From Burkholderiaceae bacterium (lineage in GTDB: Bacteria; Pseudomonadota; Gammaproteobacteria; Burkholderiales; Burkholderiaceae): 32,000 nucleotides of DNA. Within the stretch, counting starts at the first letter, position 1. Every line of letters starts with the position of its first letter. The stretch lies in the NCBI GenBank assembly GCA_947448695.1, contig CANFOL010000005.1, positions 1-32,000 on the forward strand, in the 5' to 3' direction. The notes under the pieces are model-generated. The model was not told the DNA's origin, ran no database searches, and was given only the letters and a program-made list of their open reading frames with translations. Of the stretch, positions 7,741 through 15,934 are shown in pieces. Made by a program: the position numbers and the translations under genes.

Positions 7741-9348
7741 TTAATTTTTCATGTGAACACAACAATCTTCAAGCCAACCATTTACTCTTGCTCTAAGATA
7801 AGCTGAACCGGATCGCTTCTTAAACTCAGCCCTACTATTGCATTGCTTTGCTAACTCAATGCATTTGTCATAAGTCCAAATAATTTTTTGAGAAATCTTT
7901 CGTCCATCAATCATGTGAGATGTGCACTCTGAAACCCAATTTTTACTTCGAGCCACAAAGTAGCCACTAGGCTTTGCAGTAGACCATTCCTGCAAATTTT
8001 TATATTGCTTTGCATCCTGAATACATTTCTCCAAAGTCCAATAATCTTTTGGTGCCAATTGCCTTGACATATGAGTACAGCATTTATCTAGCCACTTCTT
8101 CTTATATGCAGCCTGATAGCTACTAGCCCCTAGAGATTGCCACTCTTTTCTGGTCTTATATTTCTCGGCTTCCAGCATGCAAGCCTCTATAGTCCACTTC
8201 AATCTGCTCGTAACTTTTTGAAGTTCAATATCCGTTAAACCACGTTTTATAAATGAAATTTCATTATTAGTATTTTTCTTAATAAGCGTTAATTTGTCTA
8301 AAAGTTGCTGGTGGATATCTTCTTTTGAGCCAACTTCCCATTGTTTAATTTCAAGGTATTCAATTTGATTACTAATTGCCCAATTTTTCTTTATAAGATC
8401 ACGCTGTTGAATTCCTTTTGCATCCTCAGCTCTTCTTCCCCAGCCAATTAAGTGCTGTTCACCATGAAATTCAATCACCAAATTAAAATCAGGTAGATAA
8501 AAATCAAATGGTCGTCTTGCCACTTCTGAAGATCCTTTAAATCGATGCTCTTCTATAAAATTAATATTATAAGAAACTAAAAATTCTAAAATTGATGAAG
8601 GGCCAAACCATTTTTTGCCTTTCTCCATATGCTCACAGCAGATAGCTAGCCAACCCTCTTTATTAGCCTTACTGAATGAAGCTCTACTAGTTAAACGCCA
8701 TTCAACTTTAGTCTTATATTTATTGGCTTCTTTTTTACATAGATCTAAAGTCCAGTATCCATTTGGCTTCCTTTCAGAAATCATATGAGAACTACACTCT
8801 TCTAACCATTTATTTTTACTAGCCCACCTATAACTAAGTGGATTATTCTTCTGCCAGTCATTTTTAGTTAAGTATTTGAGAGCTTCATTTTTACAATTTT
8901 CTAGATTATTCCAATAACCTTGAGGCCTCTTTGCCCTTGGCTCCTTAATGACCAAATCAGATTTAGTATTTTTTCTCTTAAAGCATTTAAGACACCAAGA
9001 GCCTTTATGAACAATATTTAATGGTAAAGCCTCCCATGTATGATTATTTGAGCATTTCCAAAGTAATTTCGTCTTACTATTGACATAATCTGTTGATAAG
9101 CATTCACCGCCACGTTCTTTTGCAATTTGATGCATATACTCTATTGATGAGCGTTGTGTCCTTTGTCCATCACAATATGGGCACCAGGAATTTCGACTAG
9201 TAATGTTTACTGGCGAGGCCATCCATTCGTGACTTTCCTTACACTTCCAGAGCAAAGGCGTTCTCGCTCCAAGATACTCCTTAGACAGACAAGTACCGCC
9301 CCGTCCCGAGGCAATTAAACACATGTCATTAATAGTCTTTTTTAACAT
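7741..9348 (-). CDS. Multidomain putative nuclease: two zinc-ribbon modules, a Vsr/DUF559-like endonuclease core and five ~44-aa repeats
   Basis: Two modules matching LWKC..H.W......(R/K).SWC..C. Core RRPFDFYLPDFNLVIEFHGEQH. Five repeats with a W-T-x3-C-x3-A-x2-Y/C ... W-L/V-x2-C-x2-HM pattern. Confidence 0.8.
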   Translation of the reverse strand: MLKKTINDMCLIASGRGGTCLSKEYLGARTPLLWKCKESHEWMASPVNITSRNSWCPYCDGQRTQRSSIEYMHQIAKERGGECLSTDYVNSKTKLLWKCSNNHTWEALPLNIVHKGSWCLKCFKRKNTKSDLVIKEPRAKRPQGYWNNLENCKNEALKYLTKNDWQKNNPLSYRWASKNKWLEECSSHMISERKPNGYWTLDLCKKEANKYKTKVEWRLTSRASFSKANKEGWLAICCEHMEKGKKWFGPSSILEFLVSYNINFIEEHRFKGSSEVARRPFDFYLPDFNLVIEFHGEQHLIGWGRRAEDAKGIQQRDLIKKNWAISNQIEYLEIKQWEVGSKEDIHQQLLDKLTLIKKNTNNEISFIKRGLTDIELQKVTSRLKWTIEACMLEAEKYKTRKEWQSLGASSYQAAYKKKWLDKCCTHMSRQLAPKDYWTLEKCIQDAKQYKNLQEWSTAKPSGYFVARSKNWVSECTSHMIDGRKISQKIIWTYDKCIELAKQCNSRAEFKKRSGSAYLRARVNGWLEDCCVHMKN

Positions 9349-9445
9349 CAATTTATTTTAGATGAGATGACGATAACAAAATAAATTCAACTATTTCATA
9401 ATGTGGAATGTAAATATGCTAGGCTATTTATAGGAGGATTTTTTT

Positions 9446-9628
9446 ATGAACAAAGCAAAAGCAAACACCAAAAGCACTAATACAGATGGTAGAACCCTAG
9501 AAGAGATTGCTTCAATGTTTGATATTACTCGAGAACGTGTGCGCCAGATTGAAGCTAAATCCCTAAGAAGTCTTCGCCAAAAGCTAGCAGCAAAAGGTAT
9601 TAGAAAAGATATCCTTGAAAACTCTTAA
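9446..9628 (+). CDS. Stand-alone sigma-70 region 4 (4.2 HTH) mini-protein, 60 aa
   Basis: TLEEIASMFDITRERVRQIEAKSLRSLRQ closely matches the canonical region 4.2 sequence of RpoD/RpoS-type sigmas. AGGAGG lies 8 nt upstream. Confidence 0.7.
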   Translation: MNKAKANTKSTNTDGRTLEEIASMFDITRERVRQIEAKSLRSLRQKLAAKGIRKDILENS

Positions 9629-9697
9629 AACTTTCAATACTATTTCAGCCTAAAAAAATATTCATTTTTTACAACAATTAATTCAAGATAGAAAATA

Positions 9698-10381
9698 ATG
9701 TTTGAAAATATAAAACGAGCGAGTTACATATCTCAAAATAATTTCCAGCACTGGAGTACTCAAGATGGAATTCAAATGCATCTGTGGCTTCAAAGTAATG
9801 GGTGGCCTGCAAATGAATTTATAGATTGGTTCATGCGTACCCATCCCAAATCAGATTATTCTTCAAAGATTTCATTCGAACTTTATCTAACAAGTCAATA
9901 CGATTGGGTTAGTTCTGACAAAGTTGAATCGTTGAATTGGCTATATGAAAAGATTAATACCCCTGAATTCCAATCTCATGATAAGGACAAACTAACTGCA
10001 TTTCTGAAACCTATGGTAGTTGGTGCGAACTCGCGACCAGAACCCATTCGCTGGATTAACCCTAAAGATTACGATCTTTTTGGATATGATTTAATGAATC
10101 TATTAGACAGAATTTTTAATGATGTACATAACGGTCTTTTTAATAAGTCTGCTAAAACACTAATTACTTATAAGGATTTTGAAGCTTTTGGCCATGATCT
10201 CATTGCAACTATTATTAAGATAACGCTGCAAACCATCTTTCAAAATCAATCAAATAATAAATTTATAAATAAGGCAATTGAAAAATCAACTAATAATGAT
10301 ATTGAAACTTTCGGGGAAGACTTGATTGATCTTATTTGGAGATCAGTACTCCAAAATATTGAATCAAAAAAATCTACCTAA
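9698..10381 (+). CDS. Hypothetical protein with three FG-x-DL(I/M) repeat motifs
   Basis: 227-aa ORF. Motifs are DYDLFGYDLMNLL, DFEAFGHDLIATI and DIETFGEDLIDLI. Confidence 0.6.
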   Translation: MFENIKRASYISQNNFQHWSTQDGIQMHLWLQSNGWPANEFIDWFMRTHPKSDYSSKISFELYLTSQYDWVSSDKVESLNWLYEKINTPEFQSHDKDKLTAFLKPMVVGANSRPEPIRWINPKDYDLFGYDLMNLLDRIFNDVHNGLFNKSAKTLITYKDFEAFGHDLIATIIKITLQTIFQNQSNNKFINKAIEKSTNNDIETFGEDLIDLIWRSVLQNIESKKST

Positions 10382-10563
10382 GTTTTAGCTCATCTCAATA
10401 TAGTATGAATAAGCGTCCCGTAACTGGACGGTGGGACTAATTTAGTGTTGATGGTCAGGAATTTGCAAAAGTGGTCAAAAGCTTACAACTTGATGCAATG
10501 ATATGATTTGATATTTGCTAAAAATTGGTTCTTAACCAACAACGATTAAAACTAATGGTAAAT

Positions 10564-10959
10564 ATGAGGAAACTAGTTCTTTTGATTCTATGCCTTATTT
10601 CAATATCCGCTTATGCGAAATGGACTTTGTTTGATCATTCGAAAGAAAATACCGAAGATCACTATATAGATTATTCAAGAATTCAAAGAAATGGTCAATA
10701 TGTAACCTATTTCGACATGACGGATTTTAAATATCCTCAAAAATATAAAGGGAAAATTTACCGCTCTTGGGTAGCAGAAGTAATAATTAACTGTTCGAAT
10801 TTGACTATGGCTATTTTTAGCATTCACCGATTCTCAGAAAATTTACTACTTGGCTACTCTGTATCTTATGAAAGCTTCGATAACACCACGAGTAAATACA
10901 TAAATCTTTCTCCCCAAACTATTGGTGAAGCGAAGGCTAAAGAGGTCTGCAAACGTTAA
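10564..10959 (+). CDS. Secreted small protein with a signal peptide (surface-adhesin-E-like?)
   Basis: MRKLVLLILCLISISAYA-KW signal peptide. The YIDYSRIQRNG pattern is reminiscent of the protein E family. The ORF is open from 10525 (TTG). Confidence 0.65.
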   Translation: MRKLVLLILCLISISAYAKWTLFDHSKENTEDHYIDYSRIQRNGQYVTYFDMTDFKYPQKYKGKIYRSWVAEVIINCSNLTMAIFSIHRFSENLLLGYSVSYESFDNTTSKYINLSPQTIGEAKAKEVCKR

Positions 10960-10967
10960 TATTATTG

Positions 10968-10983
10968 AATGTAAAATTACATT
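10968..10983. terminator. Weak AT-only bidirectional hairpin between convergent genes
   Basis: AATGTAA-AA-TTACATT palindrome, followed by a T-run on the plus strand. Confidence 0.25.
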
Positions 10984-10992
10984 TATGATTTT

Positions 10993-11934
10993 TTAAATAT
11001 TTTTAATAATTGGTACAAAAACGTCATAAAACTCCCGAGCAGTAACTGCTAACCATTCGAATTGATTAGCCCATTCAGCATCATCCTCTAAATCACACTC
11101 AGATTTAAACTTTACAATTCTGCAGGCATGCTTTCCTTCTAGATACCTCCAATCAAGTTGATATCCAAGTGATGACTCTATTTGACCTTTATGAGTCTCC
11201 AAGATCCTAAACTTATTTTTAGATTCGATATGATTGATGTAAATCTCTACACCTAATCTTTCATCACGAGAATTAACTGATAAAGATATGATAAACCCCG
11301 ATCTTCCTAATCTAATATTTAAATAATTTTTCGGTTCGGGCTTTGCTATTTTGAAATCATAATTATTCGATTCAATATACCTCTTAAACTCTGTCCAAAA
11401 TCTTAATTGGAGTTGTGTTGTAGGAGTCGCATTAGTAGCAATACGAACATTTTCTCTTTCTTTTTTAACCCATCCATTTGGTTGAACTACGACATTAAAA
11501 TTTGGAGCCATAGCAGAGTCTTCAATTTGGTATAGTTCAATTTCTACACCAAAAAAATTTAAATCATCAGTTGTGTTTTGGTTTAAAAATTCCAAAGAAG
11601 TAATATGTTCTGGTCGAAAGGTTTGAGCAATCCAAATTACCTTTTTTGCTCCAATACCAGATGCATAAGTAATAATCTGGCCAAGATGGGTATGATCGGT
11701 TTTTTCTAGTTGGTTTTCGATAATTACTTTTCCATCATCGTCTTGACATAAGATATCTAAATTGAAATCACCAATTGGGTATTCAGTTTTAATTAGCTCT
11801 AAATCCCCTAAATCTAGAGCATCAGCTAAAGTTTGAAGATTTTCAGGCTCAGCCAACCAAGGAGTAAAGTGCAAAGCTTCATGCTCCCATGCTTGTCTAA
11901 GTGCAACTTTATTTAATTTACTCAATTTTGGCAT
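10993..11934 (-). CDS. PD-(D/E)XK nuclease-like N-domain plus DUF4268-type C-domain protein
   Basis: DILCQDDDGKVIIENQLEKTDHTHLGQIITYASG is the characteristic N-terminal motif of DUF4268-containing proteins. Confidence 0.75.
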   Translation of the reverse strand: MPKLSKLNKVALRQAWEHEALHFTPWLAEPENLQTLADALDLGDLELIKTEYPIGDFNLDILCQDDDGKVIIENQLEKTDHTHLGQIITYASGIGAKKVIWIAQTFRPEHITSLEFLNQNTTDDLNFFGVEIELYQIEDSAMAPNFNVVVQPNGWVKKERENVRIATNATPTTQLQLRFWTEFKRYIESNNYDFKIAKPEPKNYLNIRLGRSGFIISLSVNSRDERLGVEIYINHIESKNKFRILETHKGQIESSLGYQLDWRYLEGKHACRIVKFKSECDLEDDAEWANQFEWLAVTAREFYDVFVPIIKNI

Positions 11935-11946
11935 TTAAAATTACTC

Positions 11947-12192
11947 TTAATCTTTAAGTGAATATTTTGAATCTTTATCGTTCTGTTTTGAAGTTATTAA
12001 AGGCTTTCCACGATAGTAGAAATAAAAATCCGAAATCGCCCAGTAAGCCCCTATTAAAGCACCTATTGGCCAGCATAGGAAAGCTAAAACCATATAAAGC
12101 CAGTGCACCCCTAATAACCTAGCTTTTTGCCAATAATACAATAACCCACCCAAAACTAAAGCTAGCAGAACGGTTGAAAAAAATATATTCAT
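11947..12192 (-). CDS. Small membrane protein (two predicted TM helices), 12 bp upstream of the DUF4268 gene
   Basis: Hydrophobic segments FFSTVLLALVLGGLLYYW and MVLAFLCWPIGALIGAYWAI. Confidence 0.55.
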   Translation of the reverse strand: MNIFFSTVLLALVLGGLLYYWQKARLLGVHWLYMVLAFLCWPIGALIGAYWAISDFYFYYRGKPLITSKQNDKDSKYSLKD

Positions 12193-12435
12193 AATTCATA
12201 ACCTAGAGTAAATTAAAGTCCTTTTAAATTAGCAGAAGTTTATTGATTCTGCAAGGAGTTATGTCTGTACATTCAATAGTCCCACAGGATTTCTCAGCGG
12301 TGAGTGAAGCCTAGTTGGTCTCGGTATGAGGGTGGCCAATCTAGCCCACAATAGTCACAATCACCGCAGCGATCTTAATTTGTTGTATGACCTGACACAT
12401 ACTTTACAGTTTTGAGCATATGGAGGGCCAAACTT

Positions 12436-12516
12436 ATGCCATGGAATGAAAAGCCTAAATTTGCATCTAGGTTTCTAGATGGTGAAAAGATTTCCAAAAA
12501 CAAGTCACACTTCTAA
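12436..12516 (+). pseudogene. Possible remnant of an IS481-like transposase N-terminus
   Basis: The 26-codon ORF MPWNEKPKFASRFLDGEKISK resembles the MPW...LLDGEK(M) start of IS481-family HTH regions. It is truncated by a stop. Confidence 0.25.
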
Positions 12517-12667
12517 GGCTAAATTCCTTGCTTTAAATTTAATCTATTAAAGCCCATATTTTTTGATTTATATCAAAGTGAAACTCTAAGCAAATTATTA
12601 AAATAATTGTAAGGTCTCATATTAAGGTAAATATGCTAATTAAATATCCGCACTGCCCAAAGGCACT

Positions 12668-12744
12668 TGGCCTGCCCAGCACGATTCGAACGTGCGACCT
12701 ACGGCTTAGAAGGCCGTTGCTCTATCCATCTGAGCTATGGGCAG
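12668..12744 (-). tRNA. tRNA-Arg (anticodon UCU), CCA encoded
   Basis: Manual cloverleaf: acceptor CTGCCCA/TGGGCAG, D arm GCTC/GAGC, anticodon stem ACGGC/GCCGT with loop CTTCTAA, T arm GCACG-TTCGAAT-CGTGC, discriminator G, CCA. Confidence 0.92.
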
Positions 12745-12877
12745 TTAATGCAATATTATATATTTATTCATTCTATTTAGGGGACTTATTACTATTTCAA
12801 TAAAGAGTCCTTTTCCACTCAGATTCATGATGAAAGTTAGTGTTTAAACGTTTTTATGTAAATGCAGATTAAGGGGA

Positions 12878-13072
12878 ATGACTTTGCGGAACTATGAAGA
12901 CGCCGTTGAAAGAATTCAAACAACAGGTCAAATTGATCTTGTTGAATTGAAAAAACTGAAATATGATGATCTCGATGAGCTCGTAGAGGAAATTAAAAAA
13001 TGGTGCGTGTACGCCAATGGAAACATCACTAAATTCAATAAAAATAGTGAAAAAAGGAAAAAGAATAATTAA
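12878..13072 (+). CDS. Small hypothetical ORF between the two tRNA genes
   Basis: 64-aa ORF. AAGGGG sits too close to the ATG (the TTG at 12884 is better spaced). No recognisable motif. Confidence 0.25.
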   Translation: MTLRNYEDAVERIQTTGQIDLVELKKLKYDDLDELVEEIKKWCVYANGNITKFNKNSEKRKKNN

Positions 13073-13090
13073 TTCTTTTCACTTTAAAAT

Positions 13091-13167
13091 TGGTCGGGGC
13101 GGTGGGATTCGAACTCACGACCCTCTGCTCCCAAAGCAGATGCGCTACCAGGCTGCGCTACGCCCCG
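13091..13167 (-). tRNA. tRNA-Pro (anticodon UGG), CCA encoded
   Basis: CGGGGCGTAGCGCAGCCTGGTAGCGCATCTGCTTTGGGAGCAGAGGGTCGTGAGTTCGAATCCCACCGCCCCGACCA. Anticodon loop TTTGGGA. C1:G72 is typical of bacterial tRNA-Pro. Confidence 0.93.
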
Positions 13168-13203
13168 AACATCTAATATTCTAACCTGTTTTAGAAAACT
13201 TTC

Positions 13204-13965
13204 CTAATTGTTTATGCATCTTGAGCTATTTATTTTTCCCCAAGCCTCTAATGAGAGCAACTTTCTATCAACTTTATTCTGACATTCCTCAGTAATTGCA
13301 ATGGTTACTTTTATCGGTGATGCTTTGACCGTGTTAGCAATCGATTCTAGCAAACCCATATCTCCAATGAAGGCAGGCCCAAAACTAATGAGACCATCCA
13401 TCAAAGTAGTGTAGGTGATAGAGATTGGTTGACAAGGCACCTGAGCATCTAATGATGCTTGAAATAAATTAGGCTTAAATGGCAAAACTGATGCGCCATT
13501 TGAAGAAGTTCCCTCAGGAAAAATGCAAATTTGATCCCCATGATTAAGATTTTGAACCATTTTTTTGGCCACAATTTTAGAGTCACCTCTCCTTTGACGG
13601 TCAATAAATAAGGTGTTGAGTTGCTTAGCAAACCAACCAAATACAGGCCATTCGCCAACTTCTTTTTTTGCGACGAAGCGCATAGGTCGCCAAGCGTTAA
13701 TGACGTGAATATCTAGCCATGAAATATGATTCGACACATATAAAACTCCAGAAGTTGGTTGGTTTACATTTCCAGAAATTTCAAAGTGCACTCCTAATAT
13801 ATGTAGTAATTTTTGACTCCAATTCCGTAAATACAGATTTCGACGCTCTTGATCTGCAAAACGAAATAGCAAAATAACAACATAAAAACCATAAAAGACG
13901 TGGCCAACTATTTTTAAATATTTGAATAAAATCATAGGCTTTTTTAAAAAAATGACATGTAACAA
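13204..13965 (-). CDS. PlsC-family lysolipid acyltransferase (OlsA-like candidate)
   Basis: H(X)4D motif NHISWLD and FPEGT motif. N-terminal TM segment. An alternative start exists at 13935. Confidence 0.85.
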   Translation of the reverse strand: MLHVIFLKKPMILFKYLKIVGHVFYGFYVVILLFRFADQERRNLYLRNWSQKLLHILGVHFEISGNVNQPTSGVLYVSNHISWLDIHVINAWRPMRFVAKKEVGEWPVFGWFAKQLNTLFIDRQRRGDSKIVAKKMVQNLNHGDQICIFPEGTSSNGASVLPFKPNLFQASLDAQVPCQPISITYTTLMDGLISFGPAFIGDMGLLESIANTVKASPIKVTIAITEECQNKVDRKLLSLEAWGKINSSRCINN

Positions 13966-13978
13966 AATTGACTTAATT

Positions 13979-13996
13979 TGTTCATACTCTAGTCAT
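13979..13996 (+). promoter_or_regulatory. Weak Pho-box-like direct repeat in the divergent acyltransferase/plcP intergenic region
   Basis: TGTTCAT-ACTC-TAGTCAT (7+4+7) compared with the consensus CTGTCAT-N4-CTGTCAT. The downstream -10 is poor. Confidence 0.25.
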
Positions 13997-14020
13997 TGTA
14001 CTAGGGCTAAATGAACTTCC

Positions 14021-14899
14021 ATGATGCAATACCGAACGATTTGGATTTCTGATATTCACTTGGGGACTTCTGGTTGCCAAGCGAATTACCTCCTCGACTT
14101 CTTAAAACATAATGATGCCCAAACATTTTATCTAGTTGGGGATATTATCGATGGTTGGCGCTTAAAAAAATCTTGGTACTGGCCTCAAGCTCACAATGAT
14201 GTGATTCAAAAGTTATTACGTAAAGTACGTAAAGGTGCTGAAGTATTTTATATTCCCGGCAACCACGACGAGGTTGCTCGTCAGTTCATCGGCCTGTCTT
14301 TTGGTGAAATTCAGATTCAAAATGAGATGATTCATGTCACCGCAGATGGCAAACGACTGTGGATCACTCATGGCGATTTATTTGATAGCGTGATGCAGTA
14401 TGCCAAATGGTTAGCCTATTTGGGTGATTCAGCTTATACCTTTATTTTGGTGATAAATCACTTGTTAAATAATATTCGCATCAAACTCGGTTTTCAGTAC
14501 TGGTCTTTATCTCAATACCTTAAACACAAAGTAAAAAATGCGGTGAGTTTCATTGCAGACTTTGAAGCCATTATGGCTCGCGAAGCTCGTAAAAGAAAAT
14601 GTGACGGTGTTGTTTGTGGACATATTCATAAAGCAGAAATAAGAGAGATTGATGGCCTTCTCTACTGCAATGATGGGGACTGGGTAGAAAGCCTAACTGC
14701 CCTCGTTGAAACCATTGATGGTGAATTAAAAATTATCCACTGGCCACATATTCTTGAGGGTTCAGAAGAATCGGTTTTTGAACCCATCGTCATTTCCTCT
14801 CACAATCCCCTAAGTCAGCCAAGTAATCCTTTCCCCAGTAAAGCACCTGCTGTTGCTAATGACTCCAAACCAATCACTACCTTAGAGTTGACCGAATGA
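14021..14899 (+). CDS. plcP: LpxH-like metallophosphoesterase of the PlcP (phosphate-starvation phospholipase C) type
   Basis: ISDIHLG, GDIIDGWRLKKSWYWPQAHNDVIQKLLRK, GNHD and GHIH motifs. An ATGA overlap joins it to the downstream glycosyltransferase. Confidence 0.8.
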   Translation: MMQYRTIWISDIHLGTSGCQANYLLDFLKHNDAQTFYLVGDIIDGWRLKKSWYWPQAHNDVIQKLLRKVRKGAEVFYIPGNHDEVARQFIGLSFGEIQIQNEMIHVTADGKRLWITHGDLFDSVMQYAKWLAYLGDSAYTFILVINHLLNNIRIKLGFQYWSLSQYLKHKVKNAVSFIADFEAIMAREARKRKCDGVVCGHIHKAEIREIDGLLYCNDGDWVESLTALVETIDGELKIIHWPHILEGSEESVFEPIVISSHNPLSQPSNPFPSKAPAVANDSKPITTLELTE

Positions 14900-15930
14900 A
14901 AATAATGATCATCACCGATGCCTGGGAACCTCAAGTCAATGGTGTCGTAAGAACTTTGAAACAAACCAGAAAAGAACTTACTTTAATGGGTCATGAAGTC
15001 GACATGATTACCCCACTGGAATTTAAAACCTTTCCCTGCCCAACCTACCCGGATATTTCCTTATCCATACTACCTGCTAAAAAAGTCTCTAAACGGATCA
15101 AAGAATTTAAACCTGATGCGATACACATCTCTACAGAAGGACCGTTAGGATTAGCAGCTCGTTCATTTGCCATTAGAAATAAGATTCCTTATTCCACGGC
15201 TTATCACACACGATTCCCTGAATATGTTTACGCTCGAATCAAGATTCCATTAGCATGGACTTACCGATTTTTAAGATGGTTTCATGGCCCTTCTTGTGCA
15301 GTCATGGCACCAACTCCAGCAGTCATGAGGGACTTGCAAAAATATGGCTTTACCAATGTGGTTATGTGGAGTCGTGGTGTTGATTTAGATCGTTTTCAAT
15401 TTAAAGAGTCAAACTTAATCAATCATCCTAAACCTATCTTTTTATACGTTGGACGCGTCTCAGTTGAAAAAAATATCGAGGCTTTTTTATCCCTTGACCT
15501 TCCAGGCTCGAAAGTTGTCATTGGCGATGGACCATCTCTTACATTGCTAAAAGACAAGTACCCAAATGCCACTTATCTTGGGAGTAAAGATCAAGCAGAT
15601 TTGCCGCCTTATTATTCATCTGCAGATGTTTTTGTATTTCCTAGTAAAACCGATACTTTTGGTCTTGTCCTACTCGAGGCGATGGCTTGTGGATTACCTG
15701 TAGCAGCCTATCCTGTAACTGGCCCAATTGATGTGATTAGTAACTCGGGTTCTGGAGTATTAGATGAAAACTTGCGAGAGGCGTGCTTGGAAGCTCTAAA
15801 AATACCAAAAGAAGCTGCGATTGCTCATGCCAAGTCATATTCATGGAGAGCCGCTAGTGAACAGTTTGTAAGACATTTAGTTCCTTTACCTGAAGGACTC
15901 GTTGAATATAGTACTGAAATCGAGATCTAA
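14896..15930 (+). CDS. GT4-family glycosyltransferase (glycolipid synthase candidate, Agt-like)
   Basis: The N-terminus (MKIMIITDAWEPQVNGVV) and the C-terminal FPSKTDTFGLVLLEAMACGLPV (EX7E region) are typical of GT4. Confidence 0.88.
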   Translation: MKIMIITDAWEPQVNGVVRTLKQTRKELTLMGHEVDMITPLEFKTFPCPTYPDISLSILPAKKVSKRIKEFKPDAIHISTEGPLGLAARSFAIRNKIPYSTAYHTRFPEYVYARIKIPLAWTYRFLRWFHGPSCAVMAPTPAVMRDLQKYGFTNVVMWSRGVDLDRFQFKESNLINHPKPIFLYVGRVSVEKNIEAFLSLDLPGSKVVIGDGPSLTLLKDKYPNATYLGSKDQADLPPYYSSADVFVFPSKTDTFGLVLLEAMACGLPVAAYPVTGPIDVISNSGSGVLDENLREACLEALKIPKEAAIAHAKSYSWRAASEQFVRHLVPLPEGLVEYSTEIEI

Positions 15931-15934
15931 CCCC

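Larger units (their letters stand above)
1..12667. mobile_element. Mosaic integrative genomic island abutting the 3' end of tRNA-Arg(UCU); the left border lies outside the window
   Basis: Three tyrosine recombinase genes, an IS-like remnant, many orphan ORFs and visibly lower GC (especially 7.7-12.6 kb). The region ends abruptly at the tRNA 3' end, with conserved housekeeping genes to the right. Confidence 0.6.

Noticed and set aside
6549-7796. ORFs 6549-6950(+), 6828-7079(-) and 7599-7796(+).
   Set aside because: They are antisense or alternate-frame shadows of the 407-aa integrase gene and its flank.
7658-10431. Shared 8-mer ACTGGACG (7661 and 10421) as possible ends of an inserted segment.
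   Set aside because: One chance 8-mer match is expected in 2 x 32 kb, and the flanks do not extend the match.
14021-14899. Calling this gene lpxH (lipid A UDP-2,3-diacylglucosamine hydrolase).
   Set aside because: The GDIIDGWRLK-WYWPQ-HNDV signature, the ATGA coupling to a GT4 glycosyltransferase, and the position beside dgkA, olsB and the pho regulon fit the PlcP subgroup better. This still needs an HMM or phylogeny check.
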